Source: Candidatus Sumerlaeota bacterium (GTDB lineage Bacteria > Sumerlaeota > Sumerlaeia > SLMS01 > JAHLLQ01). From it: a stretch of 64,000 nt of DNA. Shown one piece after another: positions 37,861-47,012 of this stretch. The position numbers and the translations under genes were made by a program. The first letter of the stretch is position 1. Every line of letters starts with the position of its first letter. Location of the stretch: the NCBI GenBank assembly GCA_030156535.1, contig JASGMJ010000009.1:74643-138642 (forward strand). Reading direction: 5' to 3'. Below the pieces are notes generated by a model. That model made no database searches. It had not been told where the DNA came from and saw nothing but the letters and a program-made list of their open reading frames with translations.

Positions 37861-39318
37861 TTACTGTTCTTCGCCGTCTTCCTGAAAGAACTCGGCCTCG
37901 AAGTCATCGTCGATGTCGATTGCGACCGGCTCTTCAGGAGTTTGGGAGGCGCGTGCCTCCCTGCGCCGCGTGGCCACGTCCTCCCACTCGTCCATCTTCT
38001 TCTTGTAACGAAAGCGCAGCGGAGTCGCGTCGATCGCAAGGTGCATCCGGAACTGGTTCTGCAAGAAGCGCTCGTAGCTGAAGTGCATCAGCTTCGGATC
38101 GTTCATGAAGAACGTCAGTGCCGGCGGGCAGTAGCCCGTTTGCGTCACGTACTTGATGCGCAACTGCTTGCCGCTGACGATTGGAGGCGAAAGGTAGCTC
38201 ATCGCCTGCTTGAGCACGCGATTGAGTTCGGCGGTCTGGAACTCGCGGCGATACTGCTCGGCGCAATGCTGGATCAGGCCCCACAGCTTGTGGGCCCGCT
38301 GTCCTGTCATTGCGGAAATCGTGATGATGGGCGCCCACTTGAAGGCCTTGAATTCCTCGCGCACCTTCTTGATGTGGGCACCGTAATTCTCGCGGTCCGC
38401 CACAGTGTCCCACTTGTTGAGCACAATGATGAGAGAGCGCCCCGCCTCCTGCGTATAGCCGGCGATGTGCAGGTCCTGGGTCGTCACGCCCTCGGAAATG
38501 TCAACGATGAGCAGGGCCACTTCGGCGCGCTCGATTGCCGAGAAAGACGAATGGACAGAGAGTTTCTCCGCGCCGCGCTCGATCTTGCCGCGGCGCCGGA
38601 TTCCCGCTGTGTCGATCAGCGTGTACGGCTGCCCTTCGACTTCCACTTCGCTGTCGATGGAGTCTCGGGTCGTCCCGGGTTCGTCCGAGGCGATCATCCG
38701 GTTCTGGCCCAGCAACCTGTTCGTCAGCGTGGACTTGCCGGCGTTCTGGCGGCCCACAATAGCGACGCGGATTGGCCCGGTGCGGTCCATTCCCACTGTT
38801 GGGTCCGCCGTTGAAAAGCCTTCGGTGACGTCGTCGAGCAGATCGAGAATCCCGCGGCCATGCAAGGCAGAGACGGGGTAAACCGTGTCGAGGCCGTACA
38901 TCGAAAAATCGGCGATCGCCTGGGTTTCCTGCGTCTGGTTGTCGGCCTTGTTGACGGCGAGGAAGAAAGGCTTCCCGCTCATGCGCAGACGCTGAATGAT
39001 CTCCGCGTCGATGGGATCACTCGGGACGCTCTCCTCTGTCAGGAAGATGATGCGGTCCGCCTCTTCAATGGCGATGATGCTTTGCTCGCGCATGAGGCGC
39101 AGCATCGGAGAGTCCGTCGAATCCTCGTAGCCGCCCGTATCGATCAGGATGAACGGCTTGTTGGCGTGTTGCGCGCGTCCGTAATGGCGGTCGCGGGTCA
39201 TGCCCGGCCGGTCGTGGACGAGCGCTTTGCGCTCGCCGAGAATGCGATTGAACAACGTCGATTTGCCCACGTTTGGACGGCCGACGATGGCGATGATGGG
39301 AAGCCGCCCTGTACTCAT
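37861..39318 (-). CDS. der: Ribosome biogenesis GTPase Der
   Basis: Two G domains: GRPNVGKS/DTGG/NKAD and GRQNAGKS/DTAG/NKWD; KH-like C-terminus. Confidence 0.96.
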   Translation of the reverse strand: MSTGRLPIIAIVGRPNVGKSTLFNRILGERKALVHDRPGMTRDRHYGRAQHANKPFILIDTGGYEDSTDSPMLRLMREQSIIAIEEADRIIFLTEESVPSDPIDAEIIQRLRMSGKPFFLAVNKADNQTQETQAIADFSMYGLDTVYPVSALHGRGILDLLDDVTEGFSTADPTVGMDRTGPIRVAIVGRQNAGKSTLTNRLLGQNRMIASDEPGTTRDSIDSEVEVEGQPYTLIDTAGIRRRGKIERGAEKLSVHSSFSAIERAEVALLIVDISEGVTTQDLHIAGYTQEAGRSLIIVLNKWDTVADRENYGAHIKKVREEFKAFKWAPIITISAMTGQRAHKLWGLIQHCAEQYRREFQTAELNRVLKQAMSYLSPPIVSGKQLRIKYVTQTGYCPPALTFFMNDPKLMHFSYERFLQNQFRMHLAIDATPLRFRYKKKMDEWEDVATRRREARASQTPEEPVAIDIDDDFEAEFFQEDGEEQ

Positions 39319-40592
39319 TTTTCGGTTCTCCCGAGCTTGTCGAAATCTTCTTCCCAGTCGCTGCCGGTTTCCTGTACCTCGTTGCCGCGTCTTTCGCGAA
39401 CGAGCTCCAGAACGGCATCTGCCGCCCTGTCGGAAGCGCCGTCTCCTCCGAGTTTTTCCTTCACGTCCTGCAGGTCGGAGACCATGCGCGCGTACTCGTC
39501 CGGGTTGGAAAGATAATGGTGTGTCTTCTCCGCGAGGTTGCGCGGTGTGAACTCGTCCTGCAGCAACTCCGGAACGATGCGGTCGCCCGCCACGATGTTG
39601 GGCAGGCCAATGTGCCCGATCGTAAAGACCTGTTTGCCGATCAGCCACGTCAGCGAATTCACGCGATAGACGATCAGCATCGGCGTCCCGAGAATCGCAG
39701 CCTCCAGCGTCGAAGTCCCCGACTTCACCCAGGAGAAATCGCAACTGTTGCGCACACTGTAGCGAAGGCGATTGACCACCAATGGCTTGAAATCGAGTTC
39801 CGCGCGCGCGATGGCTGACTCAATCGTATCATCGGAAATCGTTGTCGCCTGCACAATGACGAATTGGGCCTGCGGATCAATTTCGTGATAGCGCTTCACG
39901 CCTTCCAGCATGATCGGCAGAAACTGGCGCACCTCCTTGCGGCGGCTCCCCGGGATCAGGCCGATCAACGGACGCGACGCGTCCAACCCGAACTCCGCAC
40001 ACACCTGCTCGCGCGTCAGATCAACCTTGATGACGTCGAACAGCGGATGGCCCACGTGGACGACATCCACCCCCTCCTCGCGGTACAAACCCACTTCAAA
40101 GGGGAAAATGACGATCATCCGGTCAACGATGCGCGCCAGCTTGTACAGGCGGCTGCGATGCCACGCCCAGATTTGCGGACTGATGTACCAGATCACCGGA
40201 ATCCCGAGGTTCTTGGCCTTCTCCGCGATGCGGATGTTGAACCCCGGGTAATCGACGAGCACCAGGGCGTCCGGCCGGAACTTGTCGAGGAAATGCACCG
40301 TGTTGTAGAACAGGCGGCGAATCTCGGGGAAGTTCGTCACAACGCCGACGAAGCCAATGATCGCCAGGTCCTCGACAATGTTGGCCTTCAGCTTGACCCC
40401 AACCTCATCGAGCAACGGGCCGCCCAGTCCGTAAGCACGGATCGTGGGGTCCTTGCGGAAGAGCGCCTTGAACAGGTTGCTGCCATGCACGTCGCCGGAG
40501 TTTTCGCCGGCGATGACAAACAGCTTGATGGGGCGCTCGTTCTCAGGAGTGGGCGTCACTTCGGGCGTCCCTGCGGGGGAAGGGTTGGTCAA
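39315..40592 (-). CDS. lpxB: Lipid-A-disaccharide synthase
   Basis: IAGENSGD, VDYPGFN, YISPQIWAW, IFPFE, VGHP, PGSRRKE, SGTSTLE, LPNI, PELLQ. Confidence 0.95.
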   Translation of the reverse strand: MTNPSPAGTPEVTPTPENERPIKLFVIAGENSGDVHGSNLFKALFRKDPTIRAYGLGGPLLDEVGVKLKANIVEDLAIIGFVGVVTNFPEIRRLFYNTVHFLDKFRPDALVLVDYPGFNIRIAEKAKNLGIPVIWYISPQIWAWHRSRLYKLARIVDRMIVIFPFEVGLYREEGVDVVHVGHPLFDVIKVDLTREQVCAEFGLDASRPLIGLIPGSRRKEVRQFLPIMLEGVKRYHEIDPQAQFVIVQATTISDDTIESAIARAELDFKPLVVNRLRYSVRNSCDFSWVKSGTSTLEAAILGTPMLIVYRVNSLTWLIGKQVFTIGHIGLPNIVAGDRIVPELLQDEFTPRNLAEKTHHYLSNPDEYARMVSDLQDVKEKLGGDGASDRAADAVLELVRERRGNEVQETGSDWEEDFDKLGRTEK

Positions 40593-41614
40593 TCCGGTGC
40601 GATACTGGAATCGCGGAACCGCTGGGTCAGGTCGACCAGCTTCTCGTTGTTGTACAAAGGCACGCGCTGTTCGCGGATCATTTCCGTGATCTTGATGACA
40701 ATGTCGAGCGCCTCCATGGCCTGCTCACCCGTCGTTTGAGGAACACGTCCGACGCGCACGCAATCCAGGAAGTGCTCGATCTCCAGCTTCAGCGGTTCCT
40801 TGCGTTTCACCCGCACCTTCTTCGTCTGGATGAAGTAGGGGAGCTCACCTGTCAGGTTGCTGCGCTTCTTGAAGCGCTGATGAATCTCCATCGTCTGCTT
40901 CTGGTAATCCAGCGAGATGTAGGCGTTCTCCTGGAAGACGCGCAGCTTGCGCATGGGCTTGGGCGTTACACGCGAGCACGTAATATTCGCGATGCAGCCG
41001 CTCGTGAACTTGATGCGGGCGCTGGCGATGTCTTCCTTGTCCGTCAGGATCGGGACGCCTGTGGCCTCGATGGACTCGATGGGCGAGTTCACGATCCGCA
41101 GAATGATGTCCACGTCGTGGATCATCAGGTCCATCACCACGCCGATATCCTTGACGCGGGGATCGAAGGGCCCAAGGCGATGGCACTCGATGAACAACGG
41201 CGTGGTCAGGTATTCCTTGAACTTCTGGACGCCGACATTGAAGTGCTCGATGTGGCCGACTTGAAGGACCAGGTTATTGCGCGCGGCGATCACCGAGAGC
41301 TTGGCCGCGTCCTTGACGTTCGTCGTGATCGGCTTCTCCACCAGGCAGTGGACGCCGTTTTCAAGGAGCGTTTTCGCGATTTCGAAGTGATCGACCGTCG
41401 GTGTCGCGATGCTGACTGCGTCCACCTTGCCGATCAGATCCGTGTACTTCTTGGTGGCCTTGGCCCCCCAGGCGCGCGCGATTTTGCGCCCCTGATGGCC
41501 GTTGGCATCGCACACATAAACCAGTTGCGCGTTCTCGCTCTGGGCATAATTGCGCGCGTGGTGCTGGCCCAGATGTCCGACGCCCACCACGCCCACTTTC
41601 AGTTTATCCGCCAT
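40589..41614 (-). CDS. Gfo/Idh/MocA oxidoreductase (GnnA-like, by lpxB adjacency)
   Basis: GVVGVGHLGQHH, VEKPI, QVGHIEHFN, DLMIHD, EPLKLE. Confidence 0.88.
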   Translation of the reverse strand: MADKLKVGVVGVGHLGQHHARNYAQSENAQLVYVCDANGHQGRKIARAWGAKATKKYTDLIGKVDAVSIATPTVDHFEIAKTLLENGVHCLVEKPITTNVKDAAKLSVIAARNNLVLQVGHIEHFNVGVQKFKEYLTTPLFIECHRLGPFDPRVKDIGVVMDLMIHDVDIILRIVNSPIESIEATGVPILTDKEDIASARIKFTSGCIANITCSRVTPKPMRKLRVFQENAYISLDYQKQTMEIHQRFKKRSNLTGELPYFIQTKKVRVKRKEPLKLEIEHFLDCVRVGRVPQTTGEQAMEALDIVIKITEMIREQRVPLYNNEKLVDLTQRFRDSSIAPD

Positions 41615-41676
41615 TCCTTCTGCCTCGTTCGGGGGCCGCGAGCAGTGCTCCGGTTCCCAAAGAGATTTGCGGCCGT

Positions 41677-42597
41677 TTACGACAGGGAGGCCAGGACTGC
41701 AACCACGGTTACGGCCCAAAAGAAGACCGTGGCCAGCAGCGGTTTATCCTGCAGGAGCACCAGTTCCGGCGCTCCCCCCTCCTGCTGCTGACATGCCAGC
41801 CACAAGTATCGAAACACACCATAGAGCACAAACGGCATCGTCAGCACCAGCAGGTAGGTGTTTTCCACGCCCTGTATGCTTTCGGCACCGCTGCTGGCAA
41901 ACTGCCCCTGGGTTGCCCACAAGGCATAGCTGAAAAGCGTTCCTGTCGTCACGATTCCCAGCATCAGGTCCAGAAAGGCAGGGGAGTACTCGCCCAGCAC
42001 GCGCCGGTGCGAGACCGCCTCTTCCCCCAGCGTCAGCAACTCGCTGCGCCGCTTGGCCGTCGCAAGGAACAGGGCCAGAAACAGCGTCGTCAGCAGGAAG
42101 TAGGAAGTCACTTCCACCGGGTTCTCAGGGTGAATCTGGATCACCTCGATCCCCGCCAGGGCCCGGACGACAAAGCCCAGGGCCAGAACCAGGATGTCGA
42201 GGATGACAATGTGCTTCAGCCAAGCCGAGTAGGTCGCCGTCAGGAGCAGGTACAGCAGCGCCAGCCAGAAGAACGGCCTGGGCAGGAAGAGGAAGCTCCC
42301 CCCCAGAGCGGCAATGGCCAGCAACGCGGCTCCCGTCCCGGCTACGGCGGGCGAAATCCGCCCCGCAGCGATCGGACGCAGGCGCTTGCGCGGATGTTCG
42401 CGGTCCTGCGCAACGTCCATGATGTCGTTATGGATATAGACGACGCCGCTGAGGGCGCAGAAAATCGCGAATCCCGCCAGGGCGCACACAATGGAAGCCG
42501 GGTCGTCCCAGCGGCGCGCAAAGACCAACCCCGCGAAGACCAGCAGATTCTTGATCCACTGCTTCGGGCGCAGGCTGAGCAGGAATCCAGTCGGCAT
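41677..42597 (-). CDS. Decaprenyl-phosphate phosphoribosyltransferase-like UbiA family protein
   Basis: LRPKQWIKNLLVF, NDIMD.AQDREHPRKRLRPIAAG, KRRSEL, YGVFRY, GGAPE. Confidence 0.88.
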   Translation of the reverse strand: MPTGFLLSLRPKQWIKNLLVFAGLVFARRWDDPASIVCALAGFAIFCALSGVVYIHNDIMDVAQDREHPRKRLRPIAAGRISPAVAGTGAALLAIAALGGSFLFLPRPFFWLALLYLLLTATYSAWLKHIVILDILVLALGFVVRALAGIEVIQIHPENPVEVTSYFLLTTLFLALFLATAKRRSELLTLGEEAVSHRRVLGEYSPAFLDLMLGIVTTGTLFSYALWATQGQFASSGAESIQGVENTYLLVLTMPFVLYGVFRYLWLACQQQEGGAPELVLLQDKPLLATVFFWAVTVVAVLASLS

Positions 42598-42599
42598 CG

Positions 42600-43154
42600 C
42601 TAGAGGTCCAGCAATCCGTCGGGAATGTTCACCCGCACCTTGCGGGCCGTGACGTTGACTTCCGGGACGTAGAGGGGGATCAGTGGCAGAAGCGTGTCAC
42701 TCCCGGCCACGCCCTCCAGATCGAGGATCAGGAAATCGTGTGCCGTGCCCTCCTGCGCTGTTCGGACGCTCCCGAGGACAGTTCCCGTGGCATGATCGAC
42801 GACATCCATTCCCTCAAGATCATGGATGTAGTACGTCTCCTCGGGTTGTTCCCAGAGGTCTTCCTCCCGGATCAGCAGTTCGCCGTTGACGAATTGCTCG
42901 GCCGCCGTGCGGTCGGGGACTTCGGCAAAGCGGGCATAGAGAATCTTGTTCCCCATCCAGAACTCCTCGCGCGTCAGGGGTCCGGAAATCTTCCGTCCCT
43001 GACGCACGTGGAACTTCTCCACGGGAGCATCAATCAATTCCTCCGCCTGCCTGGTCATGGGCTTCAGGCGCATCACGCCCTTGAGCCCGTGAGGACGCAG
43101 GACGAGAGCAACCATGACCCACGACTGGCCGGAGGCCTGTTCCGGTTCGCCCAA
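42600..43154 (-). CDS. rimM: Ribosome maturation factor RimM
   Basis: PHGLKG, DRTAAE, YYIHDLEGM, LIP..VPEVN, IPDGLL. Confidence 0.9.
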   Translation of the reverse strand: MGEPEQASGQSWVMVALVLRPHGLKGVMRLKPMTRQAEELIDAPVEKFHVRQGRKISGPLTREEFWMGNKILYARFAEVPDRTAAEQFVNGELLIREEDLWEQPEETYYIHDLEGMDVVDHATGTVLGSVRTAQEGTAHDFLILDLEGVAGSDTLLPLIPLYVPEVNVTARKVRVNIPDGLLDL

Positions 43155-43158
43155 CGAG

Positions 43159-43407
43159 TTACTCCACGATTTGAAGCAGCGACTTCTTCTTATGCTTGGT
43201 AGCGGCGGCGCTCAGGATTTTTCTCAGCGCCTTGGCCGTCTGGCCGCTCTTGCCGATGACTTTGCCAACGTCTTCGGGGCAGACGTGCAGCTCCACGATG
43301 ATGCTGGTGTCACTTTCGACGGCCGTCACGCTGACCTTTTCGGGTTCATCCACAAGGGCTTTGGCGATAAACTCGACAAGTTCCTTCAGGTTGGGTTCCT
43401 CGTACAT
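43159..43407 (-). CDS. khpA: KH-domain RNA-binding protein KhpA
   Basis: LVEFIAKALVDEPE, DVGKVIGKSGQTAKALR; located between rpsP and rimM. Confidence 0.92.
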   Translation of the reverse strand: MYEEPNLKELVEFIAKALVDEPEKVSVTAVESDTSIIVELHVCPEDVGKVIGKSGQTAKALRKILSAAATKHKKKSLLQIVE

Positions 43408-43512
43408 CAGTTTCGTCTCCTGGAACGGGAAAGTGCCGTATGCTGCGCGGCGAACAGCTTCAGCGGGATCAATTGCGCCGCATCAGGGCGGGAGCAGGGG
43501 AAGACGTGCAAG

Positions 43513-43561
43513 AAAAAAACGCCCCTGAAGTTGTGAAGAACTCCCGAAGTACCAGGCGCGT
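43513..43561 (-). terminator. Possible terminator/attenuator after rpsP
   Basis: Minus strand acgcgcctg...caggggcgt imperfect stem ending in a T7 run. Confidence 0.4.
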
Positions 43562-43857
43562 CACTTCGCCTGGTTTTCCTTCTTTGCGGCCACCTTCTCC
43601 TCATGGAAACGCTTGAGAATGCCCTGACGGCGAAGCAGCGCGCGGACCGTGTCCGTCGGCTGGGCGCCATTGTGGAGCCAATACAGCGCGCGATCGGCGT
43701 CGCAAACAACCTGCTGCTCTTCGTTCTTGTTCAGCGGCTGGTAGCGTCCGATGATCTCAATGAACTTGCCGTCGCGGGCGCGGCGGCTGTCCGCCACGAT
43801 CACGCGATAGTAGGGGGCTTTCTTGCGGCCGATACGGGTCAGACGAATCTTGACCAT
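43561..43857 (-). CDS. rpsP: 30S ribosomal protein S16
   Basis: [45 protein letters not shown]. Confidence 0.97.
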   Translation of the reverse strand: MVKIRLTRIGRKKAPYYRVIVADSRRARDGKFIEIIGRYQPLNKNEEQQVVCDADRALYWLHNGAQPTDTVRALLRRQGILKRFHEEKVAAKKENQAK

Positions 43858-43920
43858 GTTGTGGAACTCCTTCCATTTCTTTGAGTTGGCTTGTTGTTGT
43901 GAAACCTGTTTCCAGGGGTT

Positions 43921-45471
43921 TTACCGATTCTTTTTTCTCTGCCGTTTGCGCTGATTCCGCGGCAGGGGTGCGGTTGTCGGGCGGCTTTGCCGCTCCAGTT
44001 GCTTCATTTGTTTCAATTGGCGCCTGTATTCCTTGTACTCACGCGAGCCCGGCTGAGGCATTTCCTGGGGCATTGCGCCGGGGCCAAAGGCATCGGGCGA
44101 GGGAGTCTCGCCGCCTTTCGCGCCTTTCCCCATCATCCCCTTCAGGCCGCCGAGCATTCCGCCGCCCCCAGCCATCTGCTGCATCATGGCGCGCATCTGC
44201 TCGAACTGGCGGACGAGATCGTTCACCTGCTTGAGCGTGTGCCCCGAACCTTTGGCGATGCGGTCGCGGCGGCGGCCGTCCGTGCGGATCAAATCAGGAT
44301 TATCGCGCTCCTGCTTGGTCATGGAAAGAATGATCGCCTCGACGCGGCCGAATTCCTTCTTCAGCGCGTCGTTGTCCACGTCACGCAGCATGTTTCCCAC
44401 GCCCGGCAGCATTCCGAGCAGTCCCTTCAACGACCCCATCCGGTTGATCATCTTCATCTGCTTGATGAAGTCATCGTAGGTAAACTTACCTTCTCCAAGC
44501 TTCTCTCGCAGGCTTTCCGCTTCCGTTTCGTCGATGGCCTCCTGGGCCTTTTCGACGAGTGAGGAAACGTCGCCCATGCCAAGGATGCGCTGGGCCACGC
44601 GGTCGGGATGGAAGCGCTCCAGGTCGTCGGGCTTCTCGCCTACGCCGACGAAGACAACCGGTTTGCCCGTCACCGCCTTGATCGAGAGCGCGGCGCCACC
44701 GCGCGCATCGCCGTCCAGCTTGGTCAGGCAGACGCCGTCGATCCCGATTTCGTCGTTGAACGACTTCGCCGAGTTGACCGCATCCTGCCCCGTCATGGCA
44801 TCGGCGACCAGGAACACGTAGTCCGGCTTAATCGTGTCGCGGATTCCCTGCAGCTCCTCCATCTTCACTTCGTCAATGTGGAGCCGGCCGGCCGTATCGA
44901 TGAGCAGCGTGTCGCGGTGATTCTCGCGGGCCCACTTGCGGGCTTCCTGCACGATCTTCAGCGGGGGTGTCTCGGTCCCCATCTCGAAGACCGGGATGCC
45001 GAGTCCGCCGCCGACCTGCTTGAGTTGCTCAATGGCTGCCGGGCGGTAAACGTCGCAGGCCACCAGCAGCGGCTTGCAGCCTTCCTTCTCAATCCACCGG
45101 GCCAGCTTGCCGCAGAACGTCGTCTTGCCGGCGCCCTGCAGGCCCAGCAGCATGATGTTGTTTTCTTTGGCGGGTTGGACGGCGAATGGCTTGTCGGTCT
45201 CCGCCTCGCCCTCCATCATCCGCACGAGTTCCTTGTGGACGATGTAGAAGAGCTGCTGGGCAGGGTCGACTCCCTTGACGATTTCCTGGCCAACGGCGGT
45301 CTCGCGAACGCGCGAAACGAATTCTTTGACGATCAGATAGTTGACGTCCGCCTCAAGAAGCGCCATGCGCACTTCGCGCATCGCCTCCTTGATGTTGTCT
45401 TCAGACAGGGATTTCTGCCCCCGGAGCTTCCGGAAGATTCCCTCGAACTTGTCGCCAAGTGTCTCGAACAT
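43921..45471 (-). CDS. ffh: Signal recognition particle protein Ffh
   Basis: ALLEADV, GLQGAGKTT, DVYRPAA, DTAGR, TKLDGDARGGAA, Met-rich M domain. Confidence 0.97.
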   Translation of the reverse strand: MFETLGDKFEGIFRKLRGQKSLSEDNIKEAMREVRMALLEADVNYLIVKEFVSRVRETAVGQEIVKGVDPAQQLFYIVHKELVRMMEGEAETDKPFAVQPAKENNIMLLGLQGAGKTTFCGKLARWIEKEGCKPLLVACDVYRPAAIEQLKQVGGGLGIPVFEMGTETPPLKIVQEARKWARENHRDTLLIDTAGRLHIDEVKMEELQGIRDTIKPDYVFLVADAMTGQDAVNSAKSFNDEIGIDGVCLTKLDGDARGGAALSIKAVTGKPVVFVGVGEKPDDLERFHPDRVAQRILGMGDVSSLVEKAQEAIDETEAESLREKLGEGKFTYDDFIKQMKMINRMGSLKGLLGMLPGVGNMLRDVDNDALKKEFGRVEAIILSMTKQERDNPDLIRTDGRRRDRIAKGSGHTLKQVNDLVRQFEQMRAMMQQMAGGGGMLGGLKGMMGKGAKGGETPSPDAFGPGAMPQEMPQPGSREYKEYRRQLKQMKQLERQSRPTTAPLPRNQRKRQRKKNR

Positions 45472-45550
45472 GCGGTCGTTTTCTCAGTCTCGTATTCTTG
45501 GCCCCGCGCTGCGTTGCCGCCGCGAAATGGCCGTGACTCTGTAAATTCTG

Positions 45551-46042
45551 CTATTGGGGCGGAAGAACGCCGTCCAGCCGCTGGGCGATTTCCCCGAGCT
45601 CGCGCACCACGCCGTCCGCGTTGTAGATAATCCCGCCACTGCGGCGCAGGCGGTCCTCCAGTTCGCGGAGCTGGCCGACTGTTTCGCGGGCGGCCGTCAC
45701 CAGAGTCGCCGGTGGCGGGGGAGCATCGGAGCCTGAATTGGGGCTTCCGGAGGCGGCTTCGCTCCCGTCACCCGTCTTCGTGTACCCGCGATCCAGCAGG
45801 CGGAGTTTCTCCTCGTAGTCGTCCAGCGCCTTCTCGGCGTGCTTCACGGCGTCATGAATGGCCTGGCGCGAGACTTCGTAGGTCTTCGCGATTTCGCCGA
45901 ACGAAAGATCCTCTTCGTAGTGCAGCTGGATGAACGTGTGCTGGCGTTCGGTCAGCAGGCCGCCATAAAGGTCGATCAGCTGACCAATACGGACAATCCT
46001 GTCCAGTGGATCCTGCTCGGGAATCTGGTCTTCCGCGCTCAT
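45551..46042 (-). CDS. ylxM: YlxM-family (UPF0122) HTH protein
   Basis: DLYGGLLTERQ, YEEDLSFGEIA, VSRQAIHD, YEEKLRL; directly upstream of ffh. Confidence 0.88.
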   Translation of the reverse strand: MSAEDQIPEQDPLDRIVRIGQLIDLYGGLLTERQHTFIQLHYEEDLSFGEIAKTYEVSRQAIHDAVKHAEKALDDYEEKLRLLDRGYTKTGDGSEAASGSPNSGSDAPPPPATLVTAARETVGQLRELEDRLRRSGGIIYNADGVVRELGEIAQRLDGVLPPQ

Positions 46043-46256
46043 GCCATCATCCATTTCGGCCTCTGAAAGCTGGCTGTCAGCCCCGAAGGCTTTACAAGGA
46101 AGTGCGATCTTCCCCGGCGCGTCAAGGTCAAAACGCTGCCACCGCCGTCGATGATAAAGAACTCTCTCGCCAATGAAGTTAGCCAGCGCCTTGCCGCCCC
46201 GTTTTCCGTTGTGTCTGCCCGGTGCGATCTGTTTGCCTCTCGTCAGCCTCATTGGG

Positions 46257-46991
46257 ATGTCGTCCTTGGCCCGCCGCAGACGCAGAGTTCCACCCCCTTC
46301 CGGAGTCGCCCCCGCAGCGGTGGAGCACGCTCAGGCCCCCGCCTCGGAGGTCCGTCCCGCTGCCTGGTCCCGCCAGACGTGGATTCGACTCTACTTGGTG
46401 CTTTTTCTGGCGGCGGAGGCCGTCATCCTCATCGGGTTTGCCGCGCTCGGGGGCGACAGCCGGGTGCGCGAGGAGATGCTGCAGCAAGCCGAGGCACTCG
46501 CTGCAGCGGGGGAGCACGGCGAGGTGCTCGACGTTTATCTCGAATATGGCCGCCGCTGGCCGGGTGCCTATGGGACGCAGAACTTCGAGCTTCGGCTCGG
46601 GCAGGCGTACTTCAACGCCGGAGACTTCGAGGAATCCGCCCTTCACTTCGAGCGCAGCGTTGCGGCCAATCCGCGGGTGCGCGACACGCGGGCGCTGGCG
46701 GGGCGTTCGTGGTGGCAGGCAGGCGAACGCGCCCGCGCCCTGGAACTCTTCAGCCAGGAACTTTCCGTGGGGAATCCGGAAAACGACATCGCCCAGATCC
46801 ATCTGGGTTTGGCGGCTCTGGAGGAGGACCGGTACGCCGAGGCGCTCGAGTATCTGGCCGCCGCCGGAAATGCCGCCGAGGCGGAAACGCGTGAGGCCCG
46901 CGCCCGCGCTGAAGAACAACTCCTTGCGCCTGCCCGCGAGCGAGCCCAACAGCGGGCGCGCGAATTGTTCGGCGAACCGTCGAACGGTTGA
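46257..46991 (+). CDS. Membrane-anchored TPR protein
   Basis: TM LYLVLFLAAEAVILIGFAAL; TPRs such as LGQAYFNAGDFEESALHFERSVAANP. Confidence 0.72.
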   Translation: MSSLARRRRRVPPPSGVAPAAVEHAQAPASEVRPAAWSRQTWIRLYLVLFLAAEAVILIGFAALGGDSRVREEMLQQAEALAAAGEHGEVLDVYLEYGRRWPGAYGTQNFELRLGQAYFNAGDFEESALHFERSVAANPRVRDTRALAGRSWWQAGERARALELFSQELSVGNPENDIAQIHLGLAALEEDRYAEALEYLAAAGNAAEAETREARARAEEQLLAPARERAQQRARELFGEPSNG

Positions 46992-47012
46992 CTCCAATTC
47001 TCAGGCATTCCG

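Noticed and set aside
43408-46256. SRP RNA (ffs) or tRNA near ffh
   Set aside because: No SRP domain IV or cloverleaf pattern recognisable by eye in the intergenic gaps; an Infernal/tRNAscan run would be decisive
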